DNA of 64,000 nucleotides from NCBI GenBank assembly GCA_044892525.1, contig CM097886.1, positions 22,010,001-22,074,000 on the forward strand, given 5' to 3'. Source of the DNA: Schmidtea polychroa. Its lineage: Eukaryota. Shown here piece by piece: positions 25,101-34,531 of this stretch (positions are counted from its first letter, which is position 1; each line of letters starts with the position of its first letter). Below the pieces are notes generated by a model that was not told where the DNA came from, did not search any database, and worked only from the letters and a program-made list of their open reading frames with translations. The translations under genes were made by a program, and so were the position numbers.

Positions 25101-26605
25101 GAATATTGTTCCTCAATTTTACAAAAGGTTGGATAACAATTTTCTATCGTTGAGTTTTCAGGTTGAATCTTTAAACATTCACATATTTCATCTTGGCACA
25201 TATCAAGGTATTTATCGATTTTCACTTCACTTTGACAGGTCCGTCCTAAATTGGTTTTCACCATGTCTTGACACAAAGTTAAAGCCTTTTTATATTGTTC
25301 ATTATTCTTCAGTTTAAGAGCGTTACACGGATACTGTTCTCTTTCTTGGTAAACATTTCGATCTGCAGGATCTCTATCAACCCAGGAGTTGACAAAGGTC
25401 TTAACATTCTTTTGAATGACTTGATTGAAGTCTCTATAATCGTCACTCATTATCCCATTGAAATATCCACAAAGTCCACAAATCTTTTTCTCTGTCGTAA
25501 CTGGTGCATAGACGTAAATATTTCGATCTCGATCAAAAAGTATTTCCAGGTCTAAAATCAAAGATTAATAGTTTTATTTCTTTTTAAAGAAAATGAAGAA
25601 TTTTTACCATCGATTCCTTTGACTTTAATGAAATTTCCCACTGAGCTTACTATAATTCCTTCGGAATTGAAAGGAATTTTGGTTTTGTTTTTATTGACAA
25701 GCGCAAAGTCATTTTTTGGCAATAGAATAATTGTCTGAGTCCCAATTGTGATCTAAGATTGTAAATAAATTTGTGATTGTGGGTAAAAAACCAATACAAA
25801 TAAAAAACCAGAATGAAAAGACAGAAGAAGAAAATACAAATAATTACTTTCATAGATATAGAACAATCAGTTTGAGTTGTTTGATCGAAACAGTCATAAC
25901 TAGCATTGAAATATACATAGAAAAGTGGCGACGCTCCCAAGCAGTCCATAAAAAGTGTATATCCTCCTCGCAATGGATAACTAAATACGTTTCCGTCAAA
26001 GGTTTTGATGTGGTGCCCGTATATTACGCTGCATTCATAATAAGAACTGTATATCGTATTGTTGACCCCTCAATTAACAGACCATATTATACTTTCCTAT
26101 GGAATATAATATAATAATTACTTGTAACAGATCCATAGTTGCTGACATCAGATTGTGAAGATTTTATCAACAGGGTATTACAATTTTGACCAAAATAGTT
26201 GTCCAGGCATAAACATTGATTCGGAGCAATGCATTTCCCTCCATTTGAACATCCTCCGACGCAAATAGCTAGATTTTTATCATATATTTAATATAATTTA
26301 TTAATATAATTCATATATAATTTTATATCAAAAAATAGTTATGGGAAATGAAATAAAGAGCTTCACTAACGATCTGAGCATCTGTTTCCTTGCCATCCTT
26401 GGGTACAGGAGCACCTTCCATCTTGACATATACCATTGACACAGTCCGGTGAGCATGCTGAATAACAAATAGATTATCAATGACTAATTTGTTTATTTAA
26501 TATTTTACATTTAGTAAATAAGAATCCTTCAGAGACTTGAAAATTCGTCGTCAGAAAGAATCCAATGATAACAACAAGTATTTGGGGCCCAAAATAGACA
26601 CCCAT
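1..26605 (-). CDS. Giant secreted gel-forming mucin / hemolectin-like protein (SP-EGF-EGF-[vWD-C8-TIL]x3-LDLa-vWC-discoidin-like-vWC/TIL modules-Ser/Thr repeat); 3' end runs off the window
   Basis: Hand-traced GT-AG exons: 26605-26509, 26457-26371, 26268-26122, ~26068-25848 (acceptor uncertain), 25752-25608, 25551-25042, 24990-24862, 24812-24698, (start in N-gap)22773-22489, 22436-22241, 22196-21980, 21930-21736, 21689-21155, 21109-21060, 19938-19742, 19693-19443, 19395-19212, 17552-17396, 17345-17190, 17143-17047, 13486-13398, 13352-13156, 13108-12967, 12912-12769, 12079-11901, 11809-11638, 11581-11433, 11371(or 11365)-11145, 11100-11001, 10946-10769, 10721-10693, 6244-6125, 6076-5965, 5917-5889, 5594-5463, 5414-5091, 4648-4542, 4497-4251, 4199-<1. 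Every junction outside the gap keeps frame; vWD, C8 and TIL cysteine patterns are clear. Confidence 0.92.
4794..5084. other. Assembly gap (others at 22774-22984, 24328-24626, 26937-27106, 37317-37577, 52820-52948)
   Basis: Runs of N. Confidence 1.
8866..9173. mobile_element. hAT (Charlie-type) MITE
   Basis: Perfect 12-bp TIR CAGTGCTTCTCA; 8-bp TSD AGAGAGAC / AGATAGAC (7 of 8). Confidence 0.8.
9551..9660. repeat. 29-bp tandem repeat (about 4 copies) carrying GACCAATCA
   Basis: CCAAT at 9562, 9591 and 9620; degenerate copy at 9649. Confidence 0.9.
10090..10270 (+). mobile_element. mariner transposase remnant
   Basis: IYCNQLDKLNKAVKERMP resembles the mariner YCQQLDRLNEAIKEKRP segment. Confidence 0.6.
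11638..12912 (-). CDS. Mucin: divergent F5/8 type C (discoidin / galactose-binding-like) domain over three exons
   Basis: ~145-aa beta-rich segment bracketed by two Cys (CEMY...SVENVIYDSDKSW...FGNFVRFSF...IKIC). Fold assignment is by pattern only. Confidence 0.5.
13156..13352 (-). CDS. Mucin exon with LDL-receptor class A domain
   Basis: CVNEYEFLCPNNFCARRCNGIVECRDGEDEDEC (acidic DxxDE-C signature). Confidence 0.8.
14394..14767. mobile_element. Unclassified MITE with GGGTACTTCCGTGTTAT terminal inverted repeats
   Basis: ~40-bp imperfect TIRs; AGTGGT duplicated on both sides (14388-93, 14768-73). Confidence 0.8.
14900..16907 (+). mobile_element. Degraded hAT transposon (SPIN/Buster, GTF2IRD2-like transposase)
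   Basis: Frameshifted pieces: FNNSWSKKYFVIEQNNSVICLLCQKNIASMKEFN, TTDGTPTMIG, DLIYYCKIRWLSKG, LFGSTYICEQTFTIMNINKSKLRSR; right terminus ...CTTGTGCACCCCTG at 16907. Left boundary approximate. Confidence 0.85.
17047..19938 (-). CDS. Mucin D3 assembly (vWD3-C8-TIL-E)
   Basis: CKTWGETHYESFDGKYFEFQGSCSY ... KVCGLCGNFD ... DACECDRGDDCVCFC ... CTGKRVWKNCGNICPDSC...CIEGCFCP. Confidence 0.9.
18246..18763. mobile_element. Probable hAT MITE
   Basis: CAGGAGCCGTCCCCAGG ... CCTAGG...TTCTG ends; flanks ATATAAT / ATATGAT. Confidence 0.45.
21060..22773 (-). CDS. Mucin D2 assembly plus D'-like tandem TIL domains
   Basis: CFISGDPHYITFD ... VTGMCGNFNG ... C8 (CTHDVCSC...CECEAFSSYARQC) followed by two TIL domains in exon 21689-21155. 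Confidence 0.9.
22985..24210 (+). mobile_element. Internally deleted Helitron
   Basis: GTTT microsatellite near the 5' end; Pif1-helicase remnant (KEILTPTNDMAVIMN, YPVEF); 3' hairpin CCGTAGCGAAGCACGG (24184-99) followed by CTAG|T (24207-11). Confidence 0.8.
23922..24153. mobile_element. piggyBac-type MITE nested in the Helitron
   Basis: TTAA on both sides (23918-21, 24154-57); TIR CCCTTTCGC / GCGAAAGGG. Confidence 0.85.
24698..26068 (-). CDS. Mucin D1 assembly (vWD1-C8-TIL)
   Basis: CSVIYGHHIKTFDG ... KKICGLCGYFNG ... C8 (CQDEICEC...YSYACTLKGIAVDWR) ... TIL (CFNGQEFSECGSNCGKNC...CLPGCYCP). Confidence 0.88.
26122..26605 (-). CDS. Mucin exons 1-3: signal peptide and two EGF-like domains
   Basis: MGVYFGPQILVVIIGFFLTTNFQVSEG (hydrophobic leader); CSPDCVNGICQDGRCSCTQGWQGNRC; CVGGCSNGGKCIAPNQCLCLDNYFGQNC. 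Confidence 0.85.
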
Positions 26606-27920
26606 TTTTAAAGCGAATTTATTGGTAATTGATAAGAATAAAATGTTTAATTATCGAAGAGAAAATAACTGTTTTACTCGTTCAGCAATGAAGAGCAAAA
26701 ATAATAAATTTCCCTTTGTGGATTCCATTATTTATGCCGTTTCAAAACCACCAGATCAGCACTTTGCCTTTCTGTCAACAATTTATTGGCTTAAGGTTCT
26801 CGATTCAGTGGAAATTAGTTTACTTTGGATTGAAAATTAGATTTCTTGTTTGCCCACAAATTGAGATCAGATTTTTCACACCTGGAGAACTTTTGAGCAT
26901 AATTTTCATTATAACATTTTACTATTAGATGAACTTNNNNNNNNNNNNNNNNNNNNNNNNNNNNNNNNNNNNNNNNNNNNNNNNNNNNNNNNNNNNNNNN
27001 NNNNNNNNNNNNNNNNNNNNNNNNNNNNNNNNNNNNNNNNNNNNNNNNNNNNNNNNNNNNNNNNNNNNNNNNNNNNNNNNNNNNNNNNNNNNNNNNNNNN
27101 NNNNNNAAATGATAATTTAATTAATGCTGCTACCAAGTAATCATTACTTTATATTTATTTAATTCATTTTTACATCATCCTTTCATATGTACACATAAAA
27201 AAGATAAAACAAAAATATAATATTTTATAAAATAATTTAGGAAAATTTTCATAACCTATTAAATTATATAGTAATATCACACATAAAAGTTACAATAATA
27301 TATTAGTAAAGAATCCAGGAAATCTCGTGGTTGTAAATGAGCATTCAAACTTATCTGGAGTTGATCTAATATTCTGATGTTTGGACCAAATTTCTGTATT
27401 TTTACTAGGCTGGGATTGGTCTAGAGTTGTGAAGAAAGAAATTTAAATGCACTTATATTTGAGTGTAAATCGATAAAAAAAGGTAAAAATTTATAAAAAT
27501 TCAAAATTAATAAATGAAATACAAAAATTGACATATTACAGGGGTAATAAGTATGTGAGGGTTGCAAATGATTAGACAAATACGAATACATTAATCTAAA
27601 ATCAAATGGACCTCCCAAGAAAGATATATTCAAAAACTACCAATTAATTAAAAATAAATTCAATTGGTATTGCAAATCCCGAACTACAGTGAAATCCCGA
27701 ATTGATAAACGAGAGTAGATTTTTTCATTAAAATTGATAATGGGATTAGTTTTCCATCAAAAGATGTGATACTGATATCCAGTTGCTAGAATCTAGCAGG
27801 TAGATGGTCGAAGAAAGAAAATTAGAAACGTTAAAAAGCGAAGTAGAATCGACAAAGTATTTTAAATTAAAGTCAGTCAAATCAGCCAGAGTATTTAAAG
27901 AGCATCTAAAGACTGTCTTT

Positions 27921-29482
27921 CCTTAGAACACGTGATTCCATCTTAGGATTTATTACACACAACACATAGATATACAACTCTCGGATCATGTATACTTATT
28001 CCCCCTAGAGTATAAATGATCCCAACTCTCTAAATATTAGTGTACATTTTGTAATCTCTAGAAAATTGTATTTGGTTACGCAATTTACACTAAACTGATT
28101 GTCATTTGGTCGTTTCCCTTTAATGCAATATCATAACTCTTCTCTTCTTAAGATTTATGCCATCGTTTAAACAATTCGATTTATCAATGGCGCGTTGTAT
28201 TTGGATATTGCAATTTCATTTGATGGTCTCAGTCATATTGAATATTTTTTTGTTTCTCCTGGGATTCTCAAAGTACCTCTCTCTTGACGTACCTACTCTC
28301 TCACTTCAAAATTCTGTTTAATTCTTTTGTCGTCCTCAAACTCCCTCATACTTTGAATCTTCTGATAGGAATTCATTTGTGCTTTTTGTCTTCTTTCGCT
28401 ATCATTTTGTTTCCGTTTTATCTGCCTTAACCAATTTTTTTCCATTATTGGGTATTTGTATCTCCTATACCAATCTTCTCCACAACAAAAACACTGACCT
28501 GACAGTAACCCACTGTTTAATGGTTCAGAAAGGCTTCTAGACCAATTGTATAATCTCTTTGCGATGTGTATAAACGATACCTTTGGAGTCCTACTTTGCA
28601 TATGCAATTCGACTTCATTTCTTCATTATGAATAAGCAGGTAAAATCTCTCTTCTGTAATTGCCTTGTCTTCTTAATGCATTAGTACTAACTTCATTCGT
28701 TTCTCTTGTAAATATTTCTGGATTTCTTCGACAAGCTGCTTCTGCATAACTGCTCTTCTTTATTGTCATAATTTCTTCAGTCTTTTCTTTTGATTCCACT
28801 TTTGCGTAAATTTGGTCATTGTTTGTTTAGTTGTTAACGCATCTTTTAATCTTCTGTCTCTGACTTGTCCAGTTATAATTTCACTACTAATCTCATATAA
28901 TTCCATTCTCAAGTTAATAACTTCATCTACTAGTTTTAATTCACTGATTCTGAAGACCGAATATCTTTCATTTTTCATCTTTTCTGACTGCAGTAAGTTC
29001 TTTAATCTTCTCTATAATAGTCAATTTTATAGTGAATGTTTCGGTGAACTATTCTTTAGCTGCATTACCTGTTGTTTCTAGGTTTTAAATTGTTTCAACA
29101 ATGTAGCTGCTTCATCGCAAAAAATTAAAACGGTATATCCTCTTCAAGTCATTTTGAGCAATCTAATCATAAACATGTTGTATGCATTTCAGCTTCTTTG
29201 GTGCATCTGAAGTCGTATATCCTAATTTCTATATTCAAGAGTTCTTAAGCTCGTTTTGGTAGTGTATCTTTTGCAAATCTTTTACCGTCTGTTTGTGTTG
29301 TCACTGTGAGAACATTTTCGGCGTGGTTGCCAGTTAAAACACTTGATTCCATCTTAAGATTTATTAGTCAAACCACATAGATATACAACTCGTTAAATAA
29401 TAGTGTACATTGCATAATCACTAACATTTTTAAACAAACTGATACTCATTTGGTGTTTGACATTTAATACAATATCATAATT
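27921..29482 (-). mobile_element. Small non-autonomous Gypsy-type LTR element (gag remnant only)
   Basis: Diverged direct repeats 29482-29332 and 28138-27921; PBS TGGCAACCACG at 29332; PPT AAGAAGAGAAG at 28149-39; AGTTA...TAACT-type termini; gag-like CFCCGEDW knuckle remnant. Confidence 0.75.
27983..28022. mobile_element. 40-bp hairpin insertion with 8-bp TSD (micro-MITE)
   Basis: GGATCATGTATACT...AGTATAAATGATCC flanked by CAACTCTC on both sides; absent from the sister LTR. Confidence 0.75.
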
Positions 29483-30759
29483 GGGTTACTTGCGATTTTA
29501 TTGATTTTATTTTATTGATTTTATTGAAAAGTAGTGGTCAAATTTAAAAGTATCATTAACTATATTGTTTCAAAATTGCTATTGAAATTCAATAACTTTG
29601 TTTTGTTGGTTCTTATTTCATTTTGGAAACATTTAAGAGCACGAGGAATTATAATCAATACCGACTTTACAATAATAACCCAATATCTAATATTTCATCC
29701 AAACAGTTTATTTAGTCATTTAAGTGATTCTATTAGCATTTGAAAGTATGAATATCCTCAAAACTTTTATTGAAGAACAACCTAACTCGGAAAAGTCGTT
29801 TTAAGTGACGAGTAAATATTAACTGCTATGAGTAAGTAGATGGAATTGTCACCGCTGGATCAACCACCTGGAAAATATCTAGGTCAACTCTTAATTTTAT
29901 GTAGGTCATGAAAATATATACAAAATGCTTAGTTTCCAGGAAAATGATCTCCAAAGTCTCCAAATTAAAATATAGCATCTTCTATATATTATGAAACTAA
30001 GACAAACTTATATTTAACAGTTAAAGAATACGATTTTATTTCTGTTATATAAGTTTATCTATATTTGATAATATATGAAAGTTGTTACATTATGGCATTT
30101 GATGATGATGTTATTCACTGTTTATCACATGAGGAGACAATGAACAAAAATATAAGAAACATAAGACGCATAACAAACAAACATAAGAAAGCATCAAAAT
30201 CATCGAAATATTTACTGATTCATAGTTTTCAAGCTTTTTAATAAATACATAAGAAATATATATGTAAATCAACTAAAAATGCTTAGGAAATTTTTGAAAA
30301 ATATACTTTATTGTTTAATTATAGGAAATATACTAAGATATTAACAAGAAAAATTTTAAAAATCCCAAAAAATAAATTTCCCAACTCATAAAATTTCACA
30401 AATTTAAAAAATTCCCAAAATTAGAAATCCCTTAATTTATCAACTCAAAATTTTCGCAAATTAAATTTCTCAACTCAAATTTCAAAACTTTTTATGACAA
30501 CTTTTTAAAATCAAGATTCAAAGATTAAGATCATTATAATTAACCGTCCTCCCGTCGAAAGGGGTTGGCACAGCAATTTGTAAATATTAATAGAAACATT
30601 AACGATAATTTTCGAGATACTTTTGTACTTGAATAAAAACATGTTTTCAAAACCAATTAAACATTGAATACAATCAAAACATGTATCCAATTTCACACAA
30701 TAAAAATCAACATTTTAAAAGACAGTTTTGTTTTTTGTAAAATATATATTAAATAAAAC

Positions 30760-31385
30760 TTTGTTTTTTTATATTGCCATGCATCATTACGATCCGAGTC
30801 ATCATCATCCATCTGAACTACTTGGTCAACATCCATGGTATCGATTCCTAAATAATGTCCAAATGCGAAACTAGAATTTTTTCTCACGCATAATCTATTG
30901 TCATCGTTGTTGGATAATGTCATTTTATTTTTTTAATCGAATATACCGGGTGGTTCCGTGACCTTATCCTAGTCTGTTGTATTGAAAATATGTTATTGTT
31001 ATTATAACCGTCTAAAGATGACTGGTAAGTGATCTCAGTTCCCACTAATTTAACAATCTTAGCTTTCATTGTGTCTTTAGTACCCATTAAACTATAACAC
31101 TTGGGTCTTAAGGAAACCAATTCAGTGTATCCGAGACTTTTACTCTCGTCTTTAAACTTTCCTATCACATAGTCAAGGTTTCTCGAGTACGATGGATGTG
31201 TAGGGTCATAATTTGAGGTATCTAGAAGGTTGACTCTAATCAATGCCGGGAAAAGTTTCAAACTTGTAGTGCCTACTCTCAAGAAAAAATGAATCTGTGT
31301 CGCCGGCAACAATATTTATCTCACAATTAAACTCTATCCTATATTTGGCCAATTTGTAATATTGTAGCTGATATATCCGCATGTA
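30760..31385 (-). mobile_element. Polinton/Maverick-type protein-primed DNA polymerase B, C-terminal remnant
   Basis: INIVAGDTDSFFLE; DTSNYDPTHPSYS...VIGKFKDE; LVSLRPKCYS; TLSNNDDNR...AFGHY; frameshifted. Confidence 0.8.
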
Positions 31386-32035
31386 TGTTAAAAGAACGAC
31401 CTTCAAGCAGATGTCCAAAATGTTTAATCTCCTGTTAATAGTAAGAAGCTTGTGATCAAAAGCTGAGTATTTCTGCTGAGGATTTGAAAGTTTTTTTGAA
31501 TAAATCTTTAAAGTTTCGGTGACAAAAACGTTAATTTAATGAAAAAAGGCGTCAATAGCTATGTTTGAGGCGGCTGTGGTTAAGCGAAATGACAAATCTT
31601 TTTTGGGATAATGTAACGTTTGCATGTCCAACAATGAATTTGTAGCCCTTTAATAAGCTTCAAGAGAATCTTTATTCCAGATACCTAAAGATTTCTTTGG
31701 CATAGAACAAAGACTTGAGAGTAGTGAAAGAATTTTGGAAAATTTTGGAATGAATCTATGGCAGTAGTTCACCGTTCCAAGAAAAAATCGCAGTTAAGTT
31801 ACTGTCTTCGGAAGAAGGAAGTTACGGATGTTGTTATCCATCGTGAGAAATAATATGTCCTAAAAACGAATTTCTTCATTGAAAAATGAAGACTTATCGT
31901 TGTTGATCGGTATTTTATGTTCATGTAATGTGTTACGAACAGTGCCAAAGTCATCTTTATGAGTTTCAATGTCTTTAGAACTGATCAGAATATCGTCTAT
32001 ATATGGAATTGCAAATGGAAAATCCATTAAAATTT
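31385..32035 (-). mobile_element. Gypsy RT-RNase H remnant (second family)
   Basis: QILMDFPFAIPYIDDILI; FLGHIISHDG; VNYCHRFIPKFS; KYSAFDHKLL; HFGHLLEGRSF. Confidence 0.8.
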
Positions 32036-33410
32036 GCTCAAGTTTTTCCACGTTTCTTTCAATCTTTTTACCATTCTCGTTTCTTAAGATATATCGTCTG
32101 TCATCCACTTTCTCGATCACTTTATATGGTCGCTCATATCTGTCCTGGCTTTTGTTGCGTGTTTCTAATTTTACTAACACATCTTTTCCTACGTCAAATT
32201 TCCTCCTTGTTTGTTCTTCTTGTTCTTCCTTCACCTGTTTTTCTTTCGACCCGTACCAATTCTCCCTGCTAATCTTTTTTCCAAAAACTATCTCTGCCGG
32301 GCTTATTCCTGTCGTTTTTTCTTTGGTTGCATTTAATGTAAATTCGACTTCGGGTAGTATCTCTGCCCAATCCGTCTTCCTTCTGTCTCGTAAAGTAGCA
32401 TTTATCAGCTCTCGTATTGTCCTGAATTGCCTTTCTATCTGTCCATTTGTTTGGTGATGGTATGGACTCGAAAAACATAACTTAATATCAAGTTTATTTG
32501 TGAATTCTCTCAACATTCCTGATTCAAGCGCCTTCCCACAATCAACTCTTATCTCCTTTGGGCACCCAAATCTTAAAATCCATTTTTCTAAAATCGTTTT
32601 CTTTATTGTTTCTTCGTCTTGTCTTGTTATAGCTGTCAGGACTTGATACTTACTATACTGGTCTATTATACCCAGTATATACTTCTTACGTCCTTTTGTT
32701 TCTTGCATTGGTCCACATGAACTACTTTCTCATATCCGGAAAGCATAGGATCTGTGCCGTTGTGAGTGCTAACTTCATTCCCTCGAATACGTTATTCGTT
32801 TCTTAAGTCCATTCCAGTATTTTGTTACTCGGACCGCTACATAATTGTTCTAACATCCTTGCATTCTTTGCATACTCACTGATGAATCTTCTATAATAAT
32901 TGCAAATGCCTAGAAAGCTTCGAAGTTTCTTTACGCAACTTGGCTTCCCAAAGTTTTGTATAGCCTGAATCTTAGAAGGATCGGTTTTTACTCCTTCTTT
33001 ACTGATTATGTGTCCTAAGAATCTGATTTCTTTTTTTATTATTTGACACTTTTCTGATATATTTCTTTAGTCCTGCTTCATCGATCGCTTTTAATACTTC
33101 ACTGAGTATTGTATAATGTTTTCTTTACTATTCGAAAAAATCAGAATGTCATCCAAATAGACCATTGCTCCATTTATTTTGCCTATTACCTTTGTCATCA
33201 TTTCCTGAAACGTCTAACAACTGCTACTACTTAAGAGACTTACATAAAGCAGAAGTCTCATTCCTTCAAAAAACATCGATTTTGAGCCATTTGGTTATAT
33301 ATTTAAATTATTTTTCAGCTTCCACCATGCTTCACCAAAATAATTCTATCAAAATGATTTCAAAAATTCCTTTATCTGGTTTCTAATATTTTCGGTTAGG
33401 TCGCCAGTTA
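32035..33410 (-). mobile_element. Internally deleted Gypsy element: PBS, RT (YLDD) and integrase core
   Basis: TAACT|GGCGACC PBS at 33410-33398; FQEMMTKVIG..VYLDDILIFS; LRSFLGICNYYRRFI; integrase IIDQYSKY...EIRVDCGK...YHHQTNGQIERQFRT. Confidence 0.88.
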
Positions 33411-34173
33411 ATTTTTTAAATAAAGATATAAAAATAAAATAATTTACTTTTAAATTCAAAAATCTTTTTCTATTCACTTAATATTTTAACAAAAACTTAA
33501 TTTAAATTATTATAAAATTTTATAAAATATATTTATAAGATCTTATTTTCTAATTGTTTGAAAATAATTGTTTAACATTTAATTAATTTAATTGTTTGTC
33601 TTTTGAAACACGGGGTTGCTTGATTCTAACCATTTCTATCAATAATTTATAATTATAATTACTTTATAATTACTGAAAATCAAGATCAATCTTTTATAGC
33701 AGATACAAAATGTAGGAAGATGAAAAATGATTTTTAAATTTATTAATTGTAAATCTTGAGAAATAAACAATAGTTTCATAATTTTATTTTTTAAATGATA
33801 TAAAGAGAATTAATTAATCAAATATAAAAAATATATAAACAAATATATAAATATATACAAATATATAAATTCAAAAACATCAGTTTTAATAGTTTTGTTA
33901 AATTATCTTTTCATCTTGTAAAAAATAAATTGATTTTTTAACTTTGAAGATATTTTAATGTAGTCAAAGATGTTTTTATATTCTAAGTGATTTAAGATTT
34001 AAGTGGCTCTATCGCAATACACTATACATTACTTTATATTAATAATTGAATAACATTTTATTTCCTGAAATTTATCCAAAATCATTTGTTTATATATATT
34101 ATTTTATTTTTTGTAATCGGCGACCTTTTAGAAGTTGTTTAATGTCTAATATTATCAATTTCCACAATAATTT

Positions 34174-34531
34174 ATGAATAATTTACTGACTCCAGAACTG
34201 CGACAAAAATGCTTGGATAAAATGTGCGTTGATATCAAATAGTAATTTACATTTTTGCGCATAACTATAAGGCTTGTCAATGCTTAATATAATAATCAAC
34301 ATAATGTTTACTTATTAATGTAAACTCTTTACAGAAAATCACTTCAACCACAGCTTAATATACCGTCACCACCGGAACTATTGGAAAAAATGTGCTTTGA
34401 AAAATCAAATAATCGATACGTAAGTTTATATGACATGATATAAATGAATAAAGAAATTTTTTTGATAAAATATTAAAATTGTCTATTTGTTTAGGAGGAC
34501 TATTTAAAATTAATTCATGCACTTCTTGCTC
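34174..34531 (+). CDS. MED15: MED15 exons 1-3, KIX domain
   Basis: Three small exons with phase 2, 0 and 1 introns; aligns by eye to RQKLVSQI / MESHVFLKAKTR / DEYLSLVARL of vertebrate MED15. Confidence 0.8.

Noticed and set aside
31969-32478. ORFs 31969-32457(+), 32003-32272(+), 32269-32478(-)
   Set aside because: Shadow frames of the Gypsy integrase.
30760-33410. Intact Polinton/adintovirus
   Set aside because: Only the polB C-terminus is present and frameshifted; the neighbouring integrase is Gypsy-type; no capsid, ATPase, protease or TIRs.
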